DNA from: Lama guanicoe
Lineage: Eukaryota
DNA length: 64,000 nucleotides
Assembly: GCA_013239625.1 (NCBI GenBank)
Contig: MU053472.1
Location: 868,001-932,000 of the forward strand
Reading direction: 5' to 3'
Shown: piece after piece, positions 37,191-48,930 of the stretch
Layout of the letters: each line of letters begins with the position of its first letter
Position numbering within the stretch: the first letter of the stretch is position 1
Notes under the pieces: model-generated
What the model was told of the DNA's origin: nothing
Database searches by the model: none
The model's input: only the letters and a program-made list of their open reading frames with translations
Made by a program: the position numbers and the translations under genes

Positions 37191-38403
37191 CTCATATCTA
37201 TCACTGCCTCCTAACTTAGTCACCCCCATGCCCAGGTCAACCAGCCTGGCTTTGGCCACCTGTTCCCACCACCCAGTGAAGTGGGCTGCAGGGATCATTA
37301 ACCCAAGCCATGAACTCATGCTTCCTCCCAACACATCTGGCCGGATAGAGGCCCCTCCTCCACCTGCACCCCAGGAAAGGAAGAAATGGCTCCAGCCCAA
37401 CTGAGCATTTCCCACCCTGCAAGAATGCCAGACACACACACCTGCCACTGTCATTATACCATCCTGCCCATTTGTATCATGCATATGTACCTAAAACACC
37501 TAGTGTCACAGAAGGAGCACTGGACTGGGAGTCAGAAGGCCTGGGTGCAGGTCCACCTCTCCTGCTCACAACCTCTGTGGCTCTCAGCAGCCACTTATGT
37601 ATGCTCTCTGAGCTTTGACTTTCTCCTCTTTGAAATGGGAATAAAATGTCTGCCTGCCTTCCAGAATGGCTTTGTGGACTGAAAGAGAGAGAGTCTATGA
37701 ACATCTTCTGCAAACTTATGAAGTGCTGCTTAAACGTTGACTTTTGTGTTCATTTCCATTCATCCCACCAGTCTCTGTTGAGCTGACTCTCCACCAGGTG
37801 CTGGGGAGTGAACACCTTTGAACTTTCATATTCGTGATCCTATCCCAGGCTTTACTCACCCTGTGATGGGGAAAAATTTTGCTTGAAAAACAAGCTGTGT
37901 TCACAACCTGTGTATGACAAATGGAAAGGACTTAAATCAGAGGAGGAAAGATTTTATCAGGACTAACTTCCCAGCGCAGGCGGCTGGTTGGTTTCTGGAA
38001 ATCTTCCCAGGAGATGAGAACCAATTAAGTACTTTGCCCAGAGTAGGCACCAAATAAATAGCTGAGTGGAACAGACTCAGTCGTATTTGCCAGGAGACAG
38101 GAGAATGGGTCAGACAGATTCTTAAGCCTCCTCCTCCAACTGACTTCCTAGGAACCATACCTATATGCATGTTTGCATATCTTGTGCACAGGTAAGTCTG
38201 GGGCTGGCACTCAGTAGACCTGCTGCAAACCAGCTGTGTGACTTTGGAAGGATCTCATGCTCTCTCTGAGCCTCTATTTCCTCCCCTGAGCACCAATCTG
38301 GATGAGAAATGCAACAAAGCCCTTGGATAATGGCAACACTTAACAGTCCACAGTGATTGTTCAACTAATTAATGAATGAATGAATGCTCAGCTTCCCTTC
38401 TCC

Positions 38404-38530
38404 TTTTTTTTTTTTTGTAGGGGGAGGTAATTAGGTTTATTTATTTATATTTAGAGGAGACACTGGGGATTGAACCCAGGACCTTGTCCATGCTAAACAT
38501 GCACTCTACCACTTAAGCTATACCCTCCCC
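38404..38530 (-). mobile_element. vic-1-type tRNA-Ala-derived SINE (full length, poly-A tail)
   Basis: Minus strand GGGGAGGGTATAGCTTAAGTGGTAGAGTGCATGTTTAGCATGGACAAGGTCCTGGGTTCAATCCCCAGTGTCTCC...AATAAATAAACCTAATTACCTCCCCCTAC(A)13; Pol III A- and B-box-like motifs. Confidence 0.85.
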
Positions 38531-39649
38531 ACTAATGAGTGAATGAATGAACGAATGGCACTTCATAAGGTGTCTGAGTCATGTTAGCCCCTATGTCTTC
38601 TCTGGGCCTGATTCTGCCCATCTGTCAAATGTGGGCACTGCATAGCCTGTCTCCAGGTTCCCTGTCGGTCCTGGCTTCTGTGATCTGCCTCTGTGCCCAA
38701 GGCCCAGGCTGGGAGGAGGGCAGCTGGGGGGTTTGGGGACTGTATCTTCACGCCCAGCAGCTCAGGCTGCCCTCCCGTTTCAGGGCATGGGCAGAAGGTA
38801 TGTGCCGCTGTTCCCACGGGGCCGCCTGGCTTAGCCTGGGGTCCTTTTGCTGGGAGAGTAGCCGGAGCTGCAGCCCTGTGCTGACCTGCTCTTAACCCCC
38901 AGGAAAGTTACACAAACTCCTCCACGCTCCACTGGGAGCTGGGTCGTGCAAGGTAGGGGCAGGAACAATACTTCCCCTGTGCCCTCGGCCCATTCCACAT
39001 CAGCACACAAGGGGGAGGGATACAGGAGGCAAGTGGGAGGGGGCAGCCCGTCTCTGGTTTCAACCTTGCCTGGAAATTGGATCTTCCTCCCTGGCTTGAG
39101 CTCTCTGGGGCATGAAAGGGTGCTGGAGTCCGGATCGCAGCCTGAGCCCACTTTCTCCCCTGCCCCATGTCTCCCACCAAGATCAGCCCTGTGCCTCAAA
39201 TGCATAGCAGATCCACTGCCTCCTTACCATTACATCCCCCCTTCAACAAATGGACCCCAGTTTTGTGATGTACCTACATGGAGATGGCGAGGAGGGAAGG
39301 GTCTACTCTGGGAATCAGAAAACTGGGTATCGTTCTGCTGTTGCCAAGCAAGACACCAAAGCTTGGACTAGCCAAGGGCTGAGAATGAAAGCTATGGAGC
39401 CAAACTACCTGGTTCAAATCCCAACCTGCCATTTACCAGCTGGTGGCCTCAAACAAGATACCGACCACTCTGACACGGTTTCCTCATCTGCTCTAATGCC
39501 ACCTTCTTTCCTGGGTCGTTATGAAAAATAAGTTCTTACACACAATGCACTTAGAGCAATGATCAAGAAATTCTAGCTCTATGGCTTGCTCTCCACATGG
39601 GTTTAGTGGGAGGCAGAGGCATGTGTAGACCTCCTTTAACTTCTGAGGG

Positions 39650-40050
39650 AAGAGCAAATTGTTCAAATTGTCTATAACAGAGTAGAACTACTTGAAGTAC
39701 ATGAAACTAGCTGTCAAAATTGTGAAACATAATCACAGTTTTGACTGCTCTGTGACGACAGCGTAAAATTTGCAAATTTTTCACCAGGCGAGAAGAGAAA
39801 AGCAAAGACTAACTAGTCAACCCCGTTACCCCTCCCACTTGTGTTCTGCATGCCCACCTGAATTAGTTTGCTCATGTTGACACACGTACAGCTTTGCGTC
39901 ACTTGAGACACACATTTCTTATTCTCCCTCAGTCAATTTATATTTAGGCTATAGTTGGTAGTACTTGGTTTCTTTCCAGGTAGCTGCAGTTTGAAAACAA
40001 CGTCCAAAAAAATGTCTGCTTCTCCCTGACAATGTCACAGCTGTGCCTCT
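39650..40050. promoter_or_regulatory. Candidate non-coding regulatory element with inverted repeats
   Basis: Unique AT-richer block with retained CpGs, TGTCA/TGACA motifs, gaattag, a hairpin and a 16-bp palindrome. Confidence 0.45.
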
Positions 40051-40206
40051 CTATAGCTTCTGTCCCTAAGCCCTTCTCTTTCAGTGGCGACCTTCCTGTC
40101 CCATGATCTCCCTCTTGTCTTCCTTGGTTCAGAATGACTAGAGAGAATGAACCAGAATCATCAATGTCCCAGAATGGAATAATCATAATGTATGAGTATG
40201 GGGCGT

Positions 40207-40227
40207 TTCAGGACCGTGGACAGCAAC
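40207..40227 (+). promoter_or_regulatory. RE1/NRSE-like (REST) site
   Basis: TTCAGGACCGTGGACAGCAAC versus consensus TTCAGCACCACGGACAGCGCC; canonical half-site spacing and intact GGACAG. Confidence 0.55.
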
Positions 40228-40424
40228 ACTAGCCCTCATCCACTTGTTCCCGTCAACTCTCAAATATTTTAGTTATGCTATGACTACACCTTCCGAAGTT
40301 AATGTTCTCCTCTGTAAAAGAGGGAGAAGGCAGTGGCTGGGAGGGCTGCAGGTGGGCGAGACCATGTCTATGACCTTTTATGACTCTGTGACCCTAGGAT
40401 TCTTTCTTTGGCTTCATGTTTGAC

Positions 40425-40512
40425 TTCCCTTTTCTTTCTCCCACTCTCTCTCCCTCCCTTCCTTCTTTCCTTCCGTTTTTCTTTTCTTTCTTTTTTCTTT
40501 TCTTCCTTTCCA
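40425..40512. repeat. CT-rich polypyrimidine low-complexity tract
   Basis: ttcccttttctttctcccactctctctccctcccttccttctttcc...ttttcttcctttcc. Confidence 0.85.
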
Positions 40513-40699
40513 TTTTAAATAGGGACCTTCCATTCACTTTCCTGGACCTATAGCCCTTACCCAGGGAGAGGGGCCAAAGAACAGAGCTGCTCATGACAAA
40601 GCAGCAAGTTGACCTTCAGAAACCTTCAGAACTCAGCTCTGAGCAGTCACCTGATTTTTCCTCTGACCTTAGTTATCTAGATACAGCACTTTGTTCTGG

Positions 40700-41130
40700 C
40701 AAAAGGCTGAGCAGCTGTAACAAAGAGTCCACTGGTCTAAAGAACAGAAAAATTTACCTCGTCCTCGTGTAACAGGGTAGATAGGAGGGCTGCGTTGCTC
40801 CACACAACCAGACAAGAACCTGCTCCCTCTGTGAGGTCCTCTGTATCAGCCCTTGGTAATGCCCTTGTCCGCACGGTTATGCTGGGTCATCAGCATATCC
40901 AGGTAACAATTCCAGGAAGGAGAAAAATTGGAAGGAGCACAATAGTAGTGTTTTAAGGGCCAGGTCTAGCAGTAGCAACATGTCACTTCAGCTCTCATTC
41001 CATTAGTGGGGACATTGTCTCATGACCACATGAAGCTACTAGATGGAGGGAGAATTTGGTCCCTAGCTAGGCAATTATGTGCCAAGCCACAGCTTCACTG
41101 CTTTGGAAGAAGAGGTGAATGGACTTTGGT
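40700..41130 (-). mobile_element. MLT1-type MaLR LTR
   Basis: gctgtaacaaagag...atgtcacttcagctctcattccattagtgg...ctcatgaccaca. Confidence 0.6.
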
Positions 41131-42059
41131 TCAACAACATTATCCTCTATTTAATGGATGAAGTAGAGATGTGAACACGGAAAGTTTTGCTCAGAGAAAG
41201 GGAAAGAATTTGTTGAGCCAGTGCTTTTCTGTACATTTAAAATGCTCTGGGGTCTCATCTCCCCAAATGACTGGTCTAGTTACTTCCTCAATCTTTGTGC
41301 TGCTTCCCTCACTGAGAATGCCTTTGTCTCTTGGATAAATTAATCCCAGCCTTCCTTCAAATTGAAGAACCACCTCTGTGATCATAGAATTTTAGAGCGA
41401 GAAGGAACCTCGGAAGCCATTTAGGTCAATATTTCATTTTATGTGAAGACACTGAGATCCAGCGATGGAAAGACACTTGCACAAGGTTACACAGTAAGGT
41501 ATCCACATAGCCAGATAGCCCATAGCCAGGGCTAGGGTCTCTAAGTCCATTTCCAGCACTCAGAAACCCATACCTGTCCCCACAGGCTTCAGCTCTGCCT
41601 CTCATCATGTGGCTCTGGACAAATCTCTCAGTCTCTCTAATCTCCAGATTCTTAAACTATGGAATGAAGAAGTTGGATCAGATTCTCCCTAAGGTTCTGT
41701 TAGGACACAGACGTAGTCATTTAATGGCAGGACTTCCTCAGACTTTCAGATCCTGGTCTCTCTCAACGATGCTGAGACTCCCTCAGATGAAACTGTACCG
41801 ACCCCTCCTTCCCCCCTCCTATGGATGAATTTACACTAGAATCAACAGACAGTTTCCTTTCTTCCCACCTCCAGGCATGGAGCTGAGCACTTGACATGCG
41901 GTATCTCATTTCATCATTAAAACTCCTTGGAAAGTGACTTGTATTCTCCCTAATTTTTAGATGAAGAAACTGAGGCTCTGAGAGGTTAATGGCTCTTTGG
42001 GGCAAATAAATTACCTTTGATCCTGGGGTCCCCAAGGTGGAGAGGGAAGACCAGTGGGG

Positions 42060-42185
42060 GAAGTTACAGGGAGATTAGACTTGATGCAATAAAGAGCTTC
42101 CTATTAGAGCTGCCTTTGGAGAGATGAGTTGTCTTGAAAGGGAGGGATTTCCTGTTCACTGGAAGTGTGCACAAACAGGGTGAAA
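42060..42185 (+). mobile_element. L3/CR1 LINE 3' fragment
   Basis: gagattagacttgatgcaataaagagcttcct...tttcctgttcactggaagtgtgcacaaacagg. Confidence 0.55.
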
Positions 42186-42242
42186 GATCAAAGGATTTTA
42201 GCACCAGATGGGTAAAGGCAGGGGCCAAGGGGTAGACTGTAT

Positions 42243-42595
42243 CAGTGATTCCCGAGGATTATTTTAGGAGATACATGACCAGTATCAAATAACATTTGGT
42301 ACACAGAGAAAAAAGTTACACCTTCAATTATTTTCCAAACTCTGATTTTGACCAGGAGAAGGTCTTGGTTTGGAGCCAGTTCAGCTTGCACCTCTCTACC
42401 ACTTGTTTATTCCTTTTTTAACAGGAGAGATTAAGCCCCAGGCTCAGAGATCTGGAGCAGGTGACAGGACTAGTTAGAATGAAATAACACGGGGTTTTCT
42501 ATTATATATTTTTTTATGGTCACCTTCTTTCATGGCAAATGATTCTGGTGTCCCCATTACTGCTAAGATATAAATTTTCACTTTTAAAATGGGTA
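42243..42595 (+). mobile_element. MER112-like hAT-Charlie element, first part (remainder at ~43910-44000)
   Basis: ccccaggctcagag...ctagttagaat...ggtcaccttctttcatggcaaatgattctgg; terminal aagtttgggaaacagg at ~43985-43999. Confidence 0.6.
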
Positions 42596-42599
42596 TAGT

Positions 42600-43632
42600 T
42601 TAAGAAAATGAAACTACAAGCCACAAACTGGGAGAAAATACTAGCCAAACACCTATTTGATAAAGGATTTGTAACCAAAATTTACAAAGATGTCTTAAAC
42701 TCAACAGTAAGAAAGCAAACAGCTCAAAAAATGGGCAAAAGATCTGGTCATCTCACCAGAGAAGATAAACGGACGGCAAATAAGCATATGAAAGATGCTC
42801 CGCAGCATATGTTATTAGGGAATTGCAAGCTAAAGCAACAATGAAATGCCATTAACTACCTATTAGAAAGGTTAAAATTCAAAATATCAACAACACTCAA
42901 TGTGGAGCAACAGGAAGTCTCATTCAATGCTGATGGGGATGCAAAATGGTACCCTCACTTTGGAATACAGTTTGAAAGTTTCTTACGAAACCAGATATAT
43001 TCTTAGCATACAACTAAGCAATAACACTCCTTGGGTATTAACCCAAATGTGTTGGAAACTTATGTCCACACACAAAAAACTGCACACGGATGTTTATAGC
43101 ATCTTTATTCATAATTGCCGAAACTTGGAAGCAACCAGATGTCTTTCAAAAGGTGACTGGATAAACAAATTGTGGTACAGCCATACAACAGAATATTATT
43201 CAGTGTTTTAAAAAAAAAAAGAGCTAAACTATGAAGCCACAAAAAGACATGGAGCAAACTTAAATGCATATTACTAAGTGAAAGGAGCCAGTCTAAAAGA
43301 CTACATACTGCTTGATTCCAACTATATGACATTTTGGGAAAGGCAAAACTACAGACACAGTAAAAAGAACGATGGTTGTGGGGAGGGAGGGATAAACAGA
43401 GCACAGAGAATTTTCAGGGCAGTGAAACTATTCTGTGTAATACTGTAAAAGGTTAACACATGAACTTACACACTTGTCAACACCACAGACCTGTACAATA
43501 CAAAGAGGGAAGCCTAATATAAATTGTGGACTTCAGTTAATAATAGTGTATAAGTATTTATTAATTGTAACAGATGAGCCACAGCAATGAGAGCTGTTAA
43601 TAAGGGAAACTGTGGACAGAGGGAGAAGGGGG
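42600..43632 (+). mobile_element. L1MC-type LINE-1 (degenerate ORF2 C-terminus plus 3' UTR)
   Basis: ORF 42608-42844 reads ATNWEKILAKHLFDKG, an L1 ORF2 motif, with frameshifts; 3' UTR ggagcaaacttaaatgcatattactaagtgaaaggagccagtct. Confidence 0.85.
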
Positions 43633-43905
43633 AACAGATTCACTGACATAGAGAATAAACCTATGGTCACCAAAGGGGGAGGGGAAGGATACATTAGGAA
43701 TTTGGGATTAAAAGATACACACGGCTATATATAGAACAGATAAACAACAAGAACCTACTGTATAGCACAGGGAACTACATTCAATAGTTTGTAATAACCT
43801 ATAATGGAAACGAATCTGAAAAACAATATATACATGTATAACTGAATCACTTTGCTGTACACCTGAAACATTGTAAATCAACTATGCGTCACTAAAAACA
43901 ATAAA
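43633..43905 (+). mobile_element. LINE-1 3' UTR (cetartiodactyl-type), same family as 692-978
   Basis: cagattcactgacatagagaataaacctatggtcaccaaagggg...gaacctactgtatagcacagggaactac...tataactgaatcactttgctgtacacctgaaac. Confidence 0.85.
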
Positions 43906-46900
43906 TTTTTTTTAAGTAATTGGAAAAATATACCAGGGGACTCGGAAATGGCCTACAGTATGAAAGTAGAATGCAGAAGACTAAAGTTTGGGAAACAGGG
44001 GTCAATAAGTTCTTTGGGGGGTTTCCAGTCCTGAGAGCGGGATCCTCTAACTGCAGCACCACCCCCTCCTCACCAAGGGCCCCAAGGCCTAAGGTCAGCG
44101 GCTGACCTGCCACTTATCTGGCCTGGTGATCAGTGGAGACACCAGGTTTAGGGGGTCAGACACTGGCTGCCCCTACTCTGTCCCCAGGGCCAGCTCTGAG
44201 CCCTGCAACTCGAGGCCTCAGGATCAGAAGGGCAGATTCCTGGCTAAGCCTTTGCAAACAAACACAAGGGCTGTGGGTGTGCACATGCTGCCATCTCCCC
44301 CGATCACCCCCAAGACTTGGTGGACCCTCTCCTGGGATGTCTTGGGCCTCCCCAGCCTGCCCCTATCTTGGACCCAAGCACCACTGGACATCTTCCCATG
44401 GGCTTGGCCCCAGGGTCATTTTCATCCATCTGGTCTTCACTAACTTTTCTATATACTCTCTGTGACAGACCATGTCCCTTCACCTCTCCACTCCCAGTTC
44501 CACCTCTGTGGAAGGTGGGGACAGAGAAGATTCCGGATAGAAGCACAGGCCAGCCCCACCCAATGGGAGGCTCCCTTCTGCAACGTCCCATCAATTACCC
44601 AGCTTCTGCCCAAACACCTCCTGTAACAGGGAACTCACCTCTGACCCCAGAAAGTGCTTCCTAGGAATAAGGTACATCCAGTATGTGCCTCTTTTTGTAA
44701 AAAAAATTCAGAGTATCTATCTAAATATATTAAAATATGTACATATATATATATGTCTAATATGCATAGACAAGCTCTCTCTCTGGAAGGCTATGCAATA
44801 AACAAGCAATAGTTGCCTCCAAGGAGGGGGCGTGGGGGTCTGGTGCTGGGGCACGTGGAAGATTTACTCCCTATTCCCACCCATTTGTTCTCTCGGATTT
44901 TGTATTTTGTGCATGCACTTTTAATCTGCACACGTATACCTTCCAATTTACTATTTTCCTATTTAGTTCTCACGACAGTGTTGGGTATGTTTAACCCCAC
45001 TTTACAGATGAGCAATGGAGGCTCCGTGACTTGCCCAAGGTTACATTCAGAAAAGTCACCAAGCGTCAGGCTTTCCAATGTCTGTGGTGATCTTTATTCC
45101 TTGCCAGGCTGCCTCTGGGTCTGGGATCTTTGTTAAGCATCTTAAATTATTCTCTGAGGGCCTTGGATATGACCCTGGACCTCTCCCTTCCACTCTCACC
45201 GCCACTGCTTAAGAAGTGTCTCTTTCTCAACTGAGTCTTTGTCCTGAAACTCAGCATTTTGAGATGTGGGGTCGGGGAGGGAGAGGGGCCAGGCTCTCCC
45301 CACAGCCCAGCTCAGCCATGACCCCACAGAAAGCTGGGGTCCCTGAGGCTAGTTTGCGAGGAACCAGGAGGAAAGACCAACAAACCTGATGGTCCCAGGG
45401 CTGTATGAAGATGTCACCGCGAGAACCCGGCACAGGGCAGGCAGCTGTAATTAAGACCCTGATTGGAGGTCAGTATGGGAGAGAAGGCAGCTCCTGGCCC
45501 AGACACTGGAGGGCAGCGATTGCCTCAGATTCCCTCAGGCCATAAAGAATCAGCAGGCAGGCTCACTATTCCACAGGGATGTGTCTGTGGGGTTTATCCC
45601 ATTAAAGTTCATCTTGCCCCTGGGCTCCAGGGGGTTCATGCTTAACAGCACCTGGCACAGACAGAGCCTGGCACATACTGGCACCCATTAAATATCTGTC
45701 GAGTGGATGAGTGGTACCCCATAGGCCAGCCCACCCACCCCCCAGCTTCTGTGTGCTGCTGCCTTCCTCATTCACCCATTTCGACCCTCCTGGTGTCTGG
45801 GAAGTTCTGGCTAAAGTCTACCCTCCATCCTCCCTGCAGCAGACTCGCCCCTGCCCCTGTGTGGTAAATGGAGCGTCAGGCTAGGGGCGTGGGTGGGTGA
45901 TATTTATAAGGAGCCACAGCAGAGTTACTGCAGCCCCCTCAGCTCCCAACGTGGAGGAGAAAATCACTGCTGTAAATTTCCCCAACAGCGCCCTGCCCGG
46001 CTCCTCCTCCCAGATTCCAGCCCCTTAGCTTGTGATTTACAGGCGAGAAAAGGAGAAGCTGCCTCTGCAGGATGGAAGTGGGTCCGTGCAGCCCTGGCAG
46101 AGGGGATGTCCTCACCCTAGGCCTGGGGTAGGGACCCCAGCCATCTACCAACACCCCCCAGGCATGGCTCTCTGCCTCCCAGCAGGGGTCCCCATCACCC
46201 CAGGTTCCCTGGGAAGCCAAGAAGCAACAGATCCCACAGAAGCCCATTCCACAGCCACTCTCCCTCACCTCTAGTTTTCCATCTGTCCAACGGGACTGTT
46301 GGAAGATCACTCTGAAATGGGGAGGGCTCCAGCCAGGGACCCACTAGAGCTGACGAGAAAGCCACAGCATTCGTCATTTTTCATTCATTCACACATTCCC
46401 TCACTCAAAGCCAGGGTGCTGACTGCACAGAAAGGAAGCTGTGGGGTGTCTGGAGGGAATGGGGTGGGGGCTCTCAGGCTCATTTTCTGTCCGGGGCTAC
46501 ATCCCACCAGGTGGTGATGGGGGAAGAGCACTGGACTGTGAGTCCAGACGTCTGGATTCTAGTCCCTGTTCTGCCAATAGTTCCTAGTGTTCCCTTGGGT
46601 AAGGGGCCCTTTCTGGGCATCAGTTCCTCCGTCTCTATGATGGGGACCTGGGTCAGGTGGGGTGGGGAGCCTGATGGGTGCCCCCCACTGCCTCCCACCT
46701 TAGAGTCTCCCTCACATCCTGGGATAGCACTCATTGATCTGGCTCAAGTGACCCCCATGCCCCCAAATCATGTTATGCTATCCCCTACAACTCCTCAGTT
46801 CTGGAGGAGGGCCAAGGGTGGGCTGATGTCCGGGACCATTTGTAAGGTGGAGGGGGTGGGCAGCTGCTGCTCATGTGTCCCCCTCACACCGAGGGCTGTC

Positions 46901-47351
46901 ACCGAGGCAATGAGCCCCCTCTCACCCTCAGCCTGAGGGTGCAGGCTCTTGGGAGCCCCCTCTCAAAGTAACTTCTTCTTTCTCTCAAAGTCACTCAGAC
47001 ACTGAAGCCACCTTCTGGGGCTTCTTTTGTCCACCGCCCACCCAGGCAGGGCTGCCTGAGCCAAGCTGCATTTCCTGAGGCTCCAGCGGGAACCTGGGAG
47101 CCCGGGAGCTCCTGAGAGATCCGGGTTGGTGTGTCTCCTCCGCCCACTCCCAGCAGCTGGCAGCCACTGGGGCAGTTCCCCCACCTCAGGGCTCCAGGGA
47201 GAAGAATGAGGTGTAGGGGAAGAAATGACCAAGGTAAGGGGACAGCCAGGGCGGTTTCTATCAATGCTTAACGGGCTGAAAGCAGCCAATGTGGCTGCTG
47301 GGCTGTGCGCAGCACTCAGACCCCGCTTGCGGTACCATCCTGTAGTCAGAT

Positions 47352-47560
47352 AATAATAATGAAGCCGCACTTACTGAGCCAAGTACTGTTCTCAGCACTT
47401 TATCGTAACAGCTCATTTAACCATCACCACCCTAAGAAGTGTGTGATACTATTACCCCCAACTTACAGATAGGAAATGAAGTTCAAAGGGGTTGGACTGC
47501 TCAGCTGAGATGAGAGACCAGGGCCCAGTTCAAACCCCAGGGATCTAGTTGTGAAGCCTG
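47352..47560 (-). mobile_element. MIR SINE
   Basis: cacttactgagc...ctcatttaaccatcac...ttacagataggaaatgaag...ttcaaacccc. Confidence 0.7.
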
Positions 47561-48154
47561 AGCCCCACCCACCAGCCTGAGCATCAGAGAGGGTGGCGCC
47601 TCTGCTCTCCATCTCCTGTGGGAAACAGAGGCCCAGAGAAGAGGAAACGCCCCCAAGGTCACCAGCAAGACGGGAGCAATCTTGCTGCTCAAACCAGGCC
47701 TCCTAGGGGCCTACCCTAAGCTCGAGTTCCACATTCAGCCAGTCCCAGTGAGGCCCGGGGCAGAGCAGCCCCCACCACCCAGAAAACGAAGGGCGTGCCC
47801 CTCCCCCTCCCCCCCCCCTCCTTGGCTGAGAGGAGCCGGTCTCCCAGATGCAATGAGCTGCCCCATGACTGCCGGGCAGCGGTTCACAAGCTCTTCCCAA
47901 AACACAAATCCCACGGCTCAGATCAGCAAAAACCAAGTGTGTTGTTTTTATTTTTACATCAGCCCAAATTCTTAGGCATCAGTTTTTCCCACCTGGAATT
48001 CGTCTCAGCTGTTGGTGCAACCATTCGTCTGCCCTGAGACCTCACGTGGGAGGCAGGGGGCCTACCTGCCCAGGGAGTGGTTTGCCTCAGATACCATGAC
48101 ACAGGCTCCAAACCCGGTTGAATCAAGTTGGCAAAATATTTTTTAAGGCCTAAA

Positions 48155-48465
48155 CTCCCACAGTGCAGGATCGGTATTTCTCCATCAGACTGGTGGCCCC
48201 AGGGCAGAGCTATGTCTCCCCCATCTGACAGGGGGTTCTCCCAGGATAGGAACTGTCTTCCCCATCAGACTGAGGGCATTCCCAGGCCAGAGCTGGGACT
48301 CCCTCATCAGACTGGTTATTCCCCCAGGACAACAATGTGTCTCCCCCCATCAGACCAGCTACTCCCTGAGGATTACGGCATCTCCCCCATCAGACTGAGT
48401 ACGGTCTGTATCCCCCTCTGGCCAGTCCCCATCGTGGGCATGACTGAATCTACACCATCTGACAC
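48155..48465 (+). repeat. Degenerate ~41-bp tandem repeat (6-7 units)
   Basis: Core (c/t)CATC(A/T)GAC at 48182, 48221, 48262, 48304, 48347 and 48387 (spacing 39-43 bp), most followed by cccagg-like motifs. Confidence 0.8.
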
Positions 48466-48654
48466 AAGTCAGTTTCCCCCAGAGTGAAATTTTGGATGAC
48501 AGAAAAACTCCCCCACCCCTCCCAGTGGCCACTGTCAGGGACCACCAGGGGCCTGTCCCAGGCCAGCGGAGCCCAGCCAGGCCCACAGGCTCCTCTCCCT
48601 GCCTGCCACCCCCACTGGGCAGCCCGGCGCCCCCTGACCCCATGGCCTTCCATC

Positions 48655-48930
48655 ATGGGAGATCTATAACATTTACAATCCCAAAACAAAAAGCCCCGAG
48701 AGCCGAGGACAGAATTCATCTTCCCAGCTGACAAGCCCCGTTAATTAACGACTTGGAAATCGATGACGAGAAGGGACAGGCGGCAAATGACACCTCATCG
48801 TGGCCAGGAGGAGGAAGAAAATGTCCGGGGACTGGCGGACACGCACCGCAGGGCTGGCCGGGCGCCTGGGAGAGCCAGCGCACCCATCTGTCACTGTCAC
48901 TTCAAACGCAGTTGACTACCCCCCAGCCCA
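48655..48930. promoter_or_regulatory. Candidate non-coding regulatory element
   Basis: CpG-retaining unique block with palindrome CGTTAATTAACG (48739-48750), cagctgaca, aaatcgat and atgacac. Confidence 0.5.

Noticed and set aside
38404..38530. tRNA-Ala gene (also 25350-25471 and 51079-51164)
   Set aside because: Mutated stems, SINE-type tail with poly-A and target-site duplication; these are SINE copies.
39965..39986. Possible recursive splice site (ttctttccAG|GTagct)
   Set aside because: The regenerated donor GTAGCT is weak and there is no evidence this strand is transcribed.
42608..43211. ORFs with LINE-1 ORF2 similarity
   Set aside because: Frameshifted remnants of an inactive L1, not a gene.
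48155..48465. CRISPR-like repeat/spacer appearance
   Set aside because: Mammalian context, no cas genes, the conserved core is only ~9-13 bp and the linkers are similar to each other, so it is a degenerate tandem repeat.
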